This document shows positions 8,252 to 15,030 of a stretch of DNA of 32,575 bases, one piece after another. A program made the position numbers and the translations under genes. Source of the stretch: an uncultured Candidatus Saccharibacteria bacterium (GTDB lineage: Bacteria > Patescibacteriota > Minisyncoccia > Phycocordibacterales > UBA918); contig CAZCWH010000002.1 in NCBI GenBank assembly GCA_964502345.1, positions 1,649-34,223 of the forward strand. The letters are read 5' to 3'. Numbering within the stretch: the first letter of the stretch is position 1; every line of letters begins with the position of its first letter. Under the pieces are notes generated by a model that had not been told where the DNA came from, did not search any database, and saw only the letters and a list, made by a program, of their open reading frames with translations.

Positions 8252-9153
8252 AGGATGGTACTTGTTATCTCTCCACTGTTTGAAACTATAAAATATTGGT
8301 AGTCATGCACGTGTGGTGGGGCGATACGCACTGCTTCTTCGACCCCTCTTGTGAGAAACAGTTTTGTTAATGCTTCGGTCATAGCACCATCCTCCGCGAG
8401 TACGCTTACTTCTGGTATCGCGATAGTTGGATTCTTATGCGTGAGGCTGTCTACGATGTGGTGCTGTACTCCTGCGCTACTTTCCCAACGGCGCGCGTAT
8501 GTGCCGCTTGTTGCAAGAGATTTGTCTCGTATGGCGACTGGTGTTTCCACATCAGTCACGGGATTATAGAGGAAGAAAATGAATGGTTCATGAAATTCGT
8601 CGACACCCCGTGTGGCAAGATCGCCTCCAATATTGATAATGCAACCGGTACAGGACGAATATGTTTCTGTGACCATGTCAGCAAGAAGTCCGGAGAGGTA
8701 TCCCTTAAGTATTCCCCCGAAATCAAGCGCTTGGCCCGTACCGAGTTTGACGATGTTGCTATCGTGGTCGATATGACATAGATCAAGATCAGTACTGTAC
8801 CGTGTGTCCACGGGCTCAATAGTGACGTGTTCTGTGGTAAGTGTGTCGAAGGTACGTGTATACCCCAGACGCGCAACCTGGACCAATGGATTAAAATTTC
8901 CTTGCGTAAGTCGTGCAAGTGAGAGACTGCACTTGAGTACTGCAATAAACTCATCACTTACATGATGTGTACCTACTTGATTGAGTATCGTGAGTTCGCT
9001 ATTTGGTAAAAAGCGCGAGAATTTGAGCTCATAGTCATGGATGATTGAAAACACGTGCTCCGCAATAGTGTCAGCCTGTGATTTTGAAGGACACACAAAA
9101 GACAATGTGACGTTGGTCCCCATATGTCGCTGTGTATACGCATATTCATTCAT
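8248..9153 (-). CDS. apbE: FAD:protein FMN transferase (ApbE family), with no signal peptide or lipobox
   Basis: 301 aa. Motifs LDFGGILKGY and LATSGTYARRW. The stop overlaps the next start as ATGA (8248-8251). Only 37 nt separate ATG 9153 from the divergent gene, leaving no room for a leader peptide. Confidence 0.85.
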   Translation of the reverse strand: MNEYAYTQRHMGTNVTLSFVCPSKSQADTIAEHVFSIIHDYELKFSRFLPNSELTILNQVGTHHVSDEFIAVLKCSLSLARLTQGNFNPLVQVARLGYTRTFDTLTTEHVTIEPVDTRYSTDLDLCHIDHDSNIVKLGTGQALDFGGILKGYLSGLLADMVTETYSSCTGCIINIGGDLATRGVDEFHEPFIFFLYNPVTDVETPVAIRDKSLATSGTYARRWESSAGVQHHIVDSLTHKNPTIAIPEVSVLAEDGAMTEALTKLFLTRGVEEAVRIAPPHVHDYQYFIVSNSGEITSTIL

Positions 9154-9172
9154 ACTTCATTCATGTATACAG

Positions 9173-9181
9173 TGTTAATAT
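9173..9181 (+). promoter_or_regulatory. Extended -10 element TGtTAATAT, 9 nt upstream of the response-regulator ATG
   Basis: Read directly: agTGtTAATATgaatagaatATG. No SD is present. Confidence 0.35.
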
Positions 9182-9190
9182 GAATAGAAT

Positions 9191-9856
9191 ATGAAGATAT
9201 TGGTGGTCGAGGATACCGAAAAACTCGCGAAATATATCAAGCAAATGCTCGAGGAAGAAGCCTATGTCGTTGATGTCGTTGGTGATGGAGTAGCGGCTGA
9301 GCGAAGAATTTTAACGGGTGCATACGATGCAGTTGTTCTCGATATTTTGTTACCTGAACAGGATGGAATAACCACGTGCAAGCACGTGCGAGCAGAAGGC
9401 GATACCACTCCCATTCTCATGTTAACTGCTCGCGGTGAAGTGGAGGATAGAATTGAAGGACTCGACAGCGGGGCAGATGACTACTTAATAAAACCATTTG
9501 CTATGGAGGAGCTCCTTGCTCGAATTCGTGCACTTCTTCGCCGTCCGACACCCGTGGTTCCAGATGAGCTCACCGTGCAAGGGGTGTCCCTCCATGGCAG
9601 TACCCGTGAGGTATTTGTGAATAATAAGCGCCTCGACCTGACGCTTAAAGAATATGCAATTCTTGAGTATCTAATGCGACACGCGGGCACGGTGGTCACT
9701 CGAGAACAGCTGATTGACCACTGCTGGGATTTTGCGTACAGTGCTTTTAGTAACATCACCGATGTATACGTTAAACAATTACGACAAAAATTAGGTGGGA
9801 AAAATAACCAATATATTAAGACCATTCGTGGCGTCGGGTACAGCTTTGTTGCGTGA
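9191..9856 (+). CDS. OmpR-family response regulator (receiver plus winged-helix domains)
   Basis: 221 aa. MKILVVEDTEKL, DAVVLDILLPEQDG, MLTARG, ADDYLIKPF, and C-terminal IKTIRGVGYSF. Confidence 0.9.
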   Translation: MKILVVEDTEKLAKYIKQMLEEEAYVVDVVGDGVAAERRILTGAYDAVVLDILLPEQDGITTCKHVRAEGDTTPILMLTARGEVEDRIEGLDSGADDYLIKPFAMEELLARIRALLRRPTPVVPDELTVQGVSLHGSTREVFVNNKRLDLTLKEYAILEYLMRHAGTVVTREQLIDHCWDFAYSAFSNITDVYVKQLRQKLGGKNNQYIKTIRGVGYSFVA

Positions 9857-10832
9857 TAAGTTTCACGTAGCAACAATCAAGCTTACTTTTTTCTATGTGC
9901 TCAGCACGTCCGTCATTCTTATAGTGAGTAGTGTCGCTATACTCGTCATTTTTACACCACCTGAAATTGAGATGAGACCACTCTTTTCAGACGAGAGGGA
10001 CGATATTGAACATAGCGAGTGGAGCCTCGATGAATTGCGCGAGCACTTGGCGGGAGTAATTGTGGTTGTAGATATATCCGTTCTCCTTATCGTGAGTGTG
10101 CTTTCGTATTACTTCGCCCGTCGAACATTGCTTCCCATTAAGCAAACCTATGAGCTTCAGCACCAATTTATGAGTGATGTGGCTCACGAACTTCGAACCC
10201 CTCTCGCGGTCATGCAAGCAGGTGCAGACACCATACTCCGCAAACAGCGCTCCCTTGGTGAGTACGAAGTATTTGTGAGGGACACACAAGAAGAAGTGGG
10301 TCGAATGACACGCTTATCAAACCAACTGTTACAACTACTCCTTACTGATCGTGTCCATTCTGTCGTACGTGTCCCAACCAATGTCTCACACCTCATAGAA
10401 GCACAAGTGCGGCATTTTACTCCCTATGCTGATGCTCATGGGGTAACCATAACCTGCGACATCGCTCCAAACGTCACACTGTACACTGAACAAGATAGTG
10501 TAGTGGAAGTGATACAAAATGTGCTTAAAAATGGTATTGACTATAACAAGCGTCCGGGAGCAATCGTGGTTACGCTATCAGAGACGGATGTACAGGTTAC
10601 TGTTTCGATACAAGATACAGGCGTTGGCATTACAGCGGCTACACAGACGACGGTTTTTGATCGATTTGTAAAAGGGGATGCAGCGAGGACTCAAACAACC
10701 CGAAGTGGTGCTGGTCTTGGTTTATCCATTGTGAAGGCACTCATGGTTAGGCTGGGGGGTACAATCGCACTCACAAGTACACCAATGGTCGGAACTACAG
10801 TCACCATTACACTACCAAAAGCTCATTCATAA
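9795..10832 (+). CDS. Sensor histidine kinase (two TM segments with a short loop, HisKA plus HATPase_c)
   Basis: H-box SDVAHELRTPLAV, N-box NVLKNGIDYN, G-boxes QDTGVGI and GAGLGLSIV. ATG 9795 overlaps the regulator gene by 62 nt. In-frame TTG 9849 would give an 8-nt overlap and may be the true start. Confidence 0.85.
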   Translation: MGKITNILRPFVASGTALLRDKFHVATIKLTFFYVLSTSVILIVSSVAILVIFTPPEIEMRPLFSDERDDIEHSEWSLDELREHLAGVIVVVDISVLLIVSVLSYYFARRTLLPIKQTYELQHQFMSDVAHELRTPLAVMQAGADTILRKQRSLGEYEVFVRDTQEEVGRMTRLSNQLLQLLLTDRVHSVVRVPTNVSHLIEAQVRHFTPYADAHGVTITCDIAPNVTLYTEQDSVVEVIQNVLKNGIDYNKRPGAIVVTLSETDVQVTVSIQDTGVGITAATQTTVFDRFVKGDAARTQTTRSGAGLGLSIVKALMVRLGGTIALTSTPMVGTTVTITLPKAHS

Positions 10833-10877
10833 AATATTCATTTACATACCGTACGATTGCTCACATAGTAGCAATAA

Positions 10878-10883
10878 TATAAT
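10878..10883 (+). promoter_or_regulatory. TATAAT -10 box 5 nt upstream of the rubredoxin ATG
   Basis: aataaTATAATttactATG. TTGCTC lies 15 nt upstream as a possible -35. No SD is present. Confidence 0.4.
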
Positions 10884-10888
10884 TTACT

Positions 10889-11059
10889 ATGTCCCAATAT
10901 GTGTGTTTGGAGTGTGGTTGGATTTATGATGAGGCAGTTGGTGATACCGACCGCGGTATTGCTCCAGGTACAACATGGGATTCTCTCCCAGATGATTTTA
11001 CGTGTGCTAATTGTGAGGTGAAAAAAAGAGATACTCACTTGTGGCAGCGTCTGGATTAA
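10889..11059 (+). CDS. Rubredoxin (56 aa)
   Basis: Absent from the ORF track because it is under 60 aa. My own translation: MSQYVCLECGWIYDEAVGDTDRGIAPGTTWDSLPDDFTCANCEVKKRDTHLWQRLD. It has the canonical CxxCGWIYD...GIAPGT.W..LPDDF.CxxC signature. TAA is at 11057-11059. Confidence 0.85.
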   Translation: MSQYVCLECGWIYDEAVGDTDRGIAPGTTWDSLPDDFTCANCEVKKRDTHLWQRLD

Positions 11060-11070
11060 TTATTTTGACT

Positions 11071-11586
11071 ATGAAAAAAGAATTACGCTCAGTGGTGTCT
11101 ACATTCGTTCTTATCATTATCGCGACTTTTGTCGGTGCTCAAGTGTATGCGCGCGAGCAGTCACAAGCAGCATATATTGAAGCTACTCTTGAACAGATGG
11201 TTAAGAATACAGATGCTACTCTTCTAAAAGTACAGGAAGAACGTATCAAGGCGGAAGAGTTACGAGTACTTCGCATTACACAAGAAGCTGAGTTGGCACA
11301 GAAGCAAGCAGAGGAAGAACTCGCTCGACTGAGCGCAGAAGCAGAAAAGCAGGCAGCACAAAGTAAATCAGCTGCGCAAGCAAGAGGAGATGCAGAAGCT
11401 TTGCGCCTAATGGCGGTAGAGAAAGCGGCAGCAGACAAAGCAGCGAAGGAGGCAGCTTTGCAGGCAGCAGAAGCATATATTGCACAATTGGCTGAACAAA
11501 AAGCCGCGCAGGAAGCCGCTGACTTAGCTGCAGCTGAAGCAGCGGCAGCAGCTAAAAAAAGTAGTCGTCGCTCACGTGCAAGCTAG
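11071..11586 (+). CDS. Membrane-anchored or secreted Ala/Glu/Lys-rich coiled-coil protein
   Basis: ATG 11071 gives MKKELRSVVSTFVLIIIATFVGAQVYA, which is signal- or anchor-like. A long AEEL/AAQ/AAK-rich helical region follows, ending in the basic tail KKSSRRSRAS. The track ORF begins at GTG 11041, inside the rubredoxin gene. Confidence 0.6.
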   Translation: MKKELRSVVSTFVLIIIATFVGAQVYAREQSQAAYIEATLEQMVKNTDATLLKVQEERIKAEELRVLRITQEAELAQKQAEEELARLSAEAEKQAAQSKSAAQARGDAEALRLMAVEKAAADKAAKEAALQAAEAYIAQLAEQKAAQEAADLAAAEAAAAAKKSSRRSRAS

Positions 11587-11762
11587 TATATTGACGCAAG
11601 GATACTGGTGCTTAATCGAGGACGTTTTTTGAAGATTTAGGAGCCATTGTTAGTGCAAAAATTTTGTTGACTTCGGGACATCTTAGGATTACCCTCATAG
11701 AGGAATATCGCTTGTCAGCATCTCCATCTTCAGGTCTTGTCATCAACACGAAGGAGTTGAAC

Positions 11763-11969
11763 ATGTGCGCTTTTCAAACCGCACCATGTGCATGTTGCGG
11801 AAGGGAACTTCAATTTTCAGTGCACGGTGAAACTGCGCTAGTCGTCCACATGGACACCGATGATGGACGCAAGTTCTTCTGTACCAACACTGAAATGTTC
11901 ATGTGGCAGAAAGAAGGAAGACGACCTGCTCGCCTCGAATCAGAGGAGCAGAAATCACTTCCGGCATGA
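11763..11969 (+). CDS. Small Cys-rich hypothetical protein (68 aa)
   Basis: AAGGAG lies 6 nt upstream of ATG 11763. Product: MCAFQTAPCACCGRELQFSVHGETALVVHMDTDDGRKFFCTNTEMFMWQKEGRRPARLESEEQKSLPA. A perfect hairpin follows the stop. The track ORF extends in frame to TTG 11664. Confidence 0.45.
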   Translation: MCAFQTAPCACCGRELQFSVHGETALVVHMDTDDGRKFFCTNTEMFMWQKEGRRPARLESEEQKSLPA

Positions 11970-11973
11970 TCAT

Positions 11974-11997
11974 CGACCCTTGGGAAACCAAGGGTCG
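11974..11997. terminator. Perfect 10-bp hairpin with GAAA loop between convergent genes
   Basis: CGACCCTTGG-GAAA-CCAAGGGTCG, followed by cacttgttt. It sits between stop 11969 (+) and stop 12005 (-). Confidence 0.6.
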
Positions 11998-12004
11998 CAC
12001 TTGT

Positions 12005-12709
12005 TTAAAAGAATCCCTCAGTGTAGAGCTGTGAGTTATCTAAACCAACACTCTTGAGTTCCTTCCATAGAGATTTGGTAAAACTGGTTGATCCGCATAT
12101 AAAAAAGTCAGTTTCTGTTGGAGTGTTGAGTGTTTCGCATATACTTCGTCCAGTCATGCGACCAACTTTCATGTGAGGTACTGGAGGTACTTCTTGTGTT
12201 ATGTGGTGGATAATGTGAATGTTTGTATTTGTTTGGGAAAGTGCATCAAGTTTGTTTTTAAAAATGGTATCTACGAGTGTCGGGTTAGAGTAAAAAAGAA
12301 AGAGTTGGTGTGGATACATACATTCACTGAGGTTTTGCATAATGCTCATGCAGGGAGTAATTCCAATGCCTCCGGCGATGAAAGCTAAATCACGACCTTC
12401 TTCAATCTCGGGATAAAAAAACCCGTAGGGAAGTGATGTGTGAAGTGTGTCACCAACTGTGTGTGCGAGAATGGCAAGTGAGAAAGCACCCATGGCTTTC
12501 ACCGTAAGTCGCACTGTAGTCTCACTTGGACTGCTTGCGATACTGTATGCCTTTCCCTCTGCGGGCTCAAAATGGGGGAGACGAACCGTGAGATACTGGC
12601 CGGGGATAAACTGTGGTCGTTCGCCTATTGCCTGAAGGACCAGCGTTTTTGCGCGCGGAGATTCATCTATGATGGAAGTAATCTTCCATGAGCATGAGTC
12701 ATGTCGCAT
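12005..12709 (-). CDS. Fre-like flavin/ferredoxin-NAD(P) oxidoreductase (FNR superfamily); last gene of the nrdD operon
   Basis: GKAYSIASSP (RxYS-type flavin motif), FIAGGIGITP, C-terminal DFFICGSTSF...LYTEGFF. ATG 12709 gives MRHDSCSWKITSII, about the same N-terminal length as E. coli Fre, and overlaps iscU by 11 nt. The track start is GTG 12754. Confidence 0.75.
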   Translation of the reverse strand: MRHDSCSWKITSIIDESPRAKTLVLQAIGERPQFIPGQYLTVRLPHFEPAEGKAYSIASSPSETTVRLTVKAMGAFSLAILAHTVGDTLHTSLPYGFFYPEIEEGRDLAFIAGGIGITPCMSIMQNLSECMYPHQLFLFYSNPTLVDTIFKNKLDALSQTNTNIHIIHHITQEVPPVPHMKVGRMTGRSICETLNTPTETDFFICGSTSFTKSLWKELKSVGLDNSQLYTEGFF

Positions 12710-13172
12710 GTAGTGTATTTTTAGATTCTGTTTCGTAATCGAGTACTGCCTCACGTAGTGCTTGGTGACCTAATACAGAACAGTGGTATTTACGGTCGGG
12801 TAGTCCACCCAAGCGCTCGAGTATCGCTTCAGGCATGAGTCGTTTAGCATCCCGAAGAGTCATCCCTCCATTTTCAGTGGCCATGACTGACATCATTGAG
12901 GTGGATGCAATTGCAGAGGCACATCCGAACGTCCGCCATTTACAATCGGTGATACGAAGCGTTTTTCTATCGACTTTAATCCACACAACCATCATGTCTC
13001 CACATGCGGGGCTACCGACAACCCCAATCCCATCACTTTCGTAGGTACGATCCTCAATAAGAATATTGCGCGGATTGAAAAAATGGTCCTTTACCACAGC
13101 ACTATAGAGCCAGGCGACATCGTCCTGCATGCATGAAGTTACATCAGGAATTTGTGTAGGTTTCTTATTCAT
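12699..13172 (-). CDS. iscU: Fe-S cluster assembly scaffold (IscU / NifU N-terminal domain type)
   Basis: From ATG 13172: MNKKPTQ...YSAVVKDHFFNPRN...GSPACGDMM...FGCASAIAS...KYHCSVLG, showing the three conserved Cys. The ATG overlaps the nifS stop as ATGA. The first 70 codons of the track ORF lie inside nifS and are discarded. Confidence 0.85.
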   Translation of the reverse strand: MNKKPTQIPDVTSCMQDDVAWLYSAVVKDHFFNPRNILIEDRTYESDGIGVVGSPACGDMMVVWIKVDRKTLRITDCKWRTFGCASAIASTSMMSVMATENGGMTLRDAKRLMPEAILERLGGLPDRKYHCSVLGHQALREAVLDYETESKNTLHAT

Positions 13173-14350
13173 AGGTGAAGGGGGAGTGGTGAAAGTTTTT
13201 GAAGATGAACAACTGATGCAACGAGTGCGGAGTACGCGACATCCAGTTCCTCTATTGTTGTTGTTCGTCCTAGACTCAGTCTGAGACTTCCATGAATACG
13301 CTCGGGTGTTTGTCCAATCGCACGAAGGACATGCGATGGTACAAGGTTTTGTGAGTTGCACGCGGAGCCAGTCGATGCACAAACGCCATGTGTATCGAGT
13401 AAGAGTACGAGTGATTCACCTTCAATATAGGGAAATGAAAAGTGAATGTTGTTAGGAAGTCGATTGGTAGGGTGTCCATTCAATATTGCTTCAGGGAACG
13501 TTTTTTTGACGTTGTGTATGAACGCATCCCGAAGTGTTTGCATATGTAGGCTGTGTTCCTCGCGCTCATTCTCGGCAAGCATGCATGCATGAGCGAATCC
13601 GACAATAGATGCAACGTTCTCAGTCCCTGCTCGTTTTCCGTACTCTTGGTCACCGCCGACAATCAGTGGTATGAGTGGGACACCATCTCGTATATAGAGA
13701 AGTCCAACCCCTTTCGGCCCACCCACTTTGCTACTGTTGAGTGTCATGAGGTCGACACTCTTTGTAATGGGGGAGATAGGGAGCTGTCCCAATGCCTGAC
13801 ACGCATCAGTATGGAAGAGTGGTGCGTTCGCCATCTCACGCAAGGCAGTCCCGAGTGCTTCAATGGGCTCTATGGTTCCAATCTCATTGTTTGCGTACAT
13901 GACAGAAATAAGGATAGTGTCAGGGCGGATTCGCTCCATAACATCAGAGACTGAAATGAGGCCCTGTGCATCAACGGGAATATACTCAATCTCAAATCCC
14001 TCGCGTGTGAGTTCCAGAGCACTCTCTAAAACCGAGGTGTGTTCAATATTGGAAACAAGAATATGCTTGCCTTGGGCAGAGCGTGCGTGTGCGATGCCTC
14101 GGAGCGCTAGATTATTTGCTTCAGAACCAGAACCAGTGAAAATGATTTCACCATGCTCAGTGTCGAGCACTTTTAGAATGCGTGCACGTGACTCTTCAAG
14201 TTGCACGTGTGCTTCACGCCCGATGTGATGTATTGAACCAGGGTTTCCATACGAATTTGTAAGGTGGGGAAGCATGGCATCGAGTACCTCATCACGAACG
14301 GGTGTTGCAGCAGCAGTATCAAGGTAGATGGTTTTATAGAATTGATTCAT
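13169..14350 (-). CDS. nifS: Cysteine desulfurase (NifS/IscS, class V aminotransferase)
   Basis: 393 aa. YLDTAAATPV, GSGSEANNLA, HTDACQA, the PLP-Lys region NSSKVGGPKGVG, and the active-site loop STGSAC. Confidence 0.9.
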   Translation of the reverse strand: MNQFYKTIYLDTAAATPVRDEVLDAMLPHLTNSYGNPGSIHHIGREAHVQLEESRARILKVLDTEHGEIIFTGSGSEANNLALRGIAHARSAQGKHILVSNIEHTSVLESALELTREGFEIEYIPVDAQGLISVSDVMERIRPDTILISVMYANNEIGTIEPIEALGTALREMANAPLFHTDACQALGQLPISPITKSVDLMTLNSSKVGGPKGVGLLYIRDGVPLIPLIVGGDQEYGKRAGTENVASIVGFAHACMLAENEREEHSLHMQTLRDAFIHNVKKTFPEAILNGHPTNRLPNNIHFSFPYIEGESLVLLLDTHGVCASTGSACNSQNLVPSHVLRAIGQTPERIHGSLRLSLGRTTTIEELDVAYSALVASVVHLQKLSPLPLHL

Positions 14351-15030
14351 CGTATTTCACAATTTTTCACGTACGCTGACATCATAGTTCTCATTTCTAT
14401 GAGCTCGGCATCACTGTAGGTAGTCTTACGCAGGAACGCGGGGTTAAGGGTCTTTGTGGGTACAAACTTTTGCAGGTAGTACGTCTGCGCACCACTAATT
14501 TCGACCCCAATCTCACGGATATCACTTGGTGAGAGAAGAGATTTCACAATAGTTGTTCGAAACTCATAGGGAATTGGACTATTTTTGATGAGTGCAATGC
14601 TCTCGCGTATCTTCGCTCCATCAACAGGTCTCCCCACCGTTTTACTGTACATATGAAGAGGGGATTTGATATCCATTGCTATGTAGTCAACGAGCTTTTC
14701 TTTCAACATCTTTGTAACTACTTCTGGATTCGTGCCATTGGTGTCGAGTTTCACCAAGTATCCAAGCCCCCGAACCTTACGAACAAAAGGAATCAGGTCC
14801 TCGTGTATGGTAGGTTCTCCACCGGTGATGGTAACGGCATCAAGGATATTTTTTCGACGTTCAAGAAAGGAGAATATTTCCCCCACACCTATTTCGTCTG
14901 CAGTTTCTTGTACGAGTTCAGGGTTGTGACAGTAGGGGCAGTGAAAATTACAACCTATGGTAAATAGAATTGCAGAAATTTTTCCGGGGTAATCAATGAG
15001 TGAACATTTTTGGATTCCCCCAATTTTCAT
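14347..15030 (-). CDS. nrdG: Anaerobic ribonucleoside-triphosphate reductase activating protein (radical SAM)
   Basis: 227 aa. SLIDYPGK, CNFHCPYCHN (CxxxCxxC), VTITGGEPT. ATGA overlaps occur at both ends. Confidence 0.9.
   Translation of the reverse strand: MKIGGIQKCSLIDYPGKISAILFTIGCNFHCPYCHNPELVQETADEIGVGEIFSFLERRKNILDAVTITGGEPTIHEDLIPFVRKVRGLGYLVKLDTNGTNPEVVTKMLKEKLVDYIAMDIKSPLHMYSKTVGRPVDGAKIRESIALIKNSPIPYEFRTTIVKSLLSPSDIREIGVEISGAQTYYLQKFVPTKTLNPAFLRKTTYSDAELIEMRTMMSAYVKNCEIR

Noticed and set aside
10838-11038. 66-aa minus-strand ORF listed in the track
   Set aside because: It lies antisense to a textbook rubredoxin ORF, and its translation has no recognisable features.
13173-13382. 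N-terminal 70 codons of track ORF 12699-13382
   Set aside because: They lie entirely inside nifS in another frame. The IscU homology begins after the internal ATG 13172, which forms an ATGA overlap with the nifS stop.
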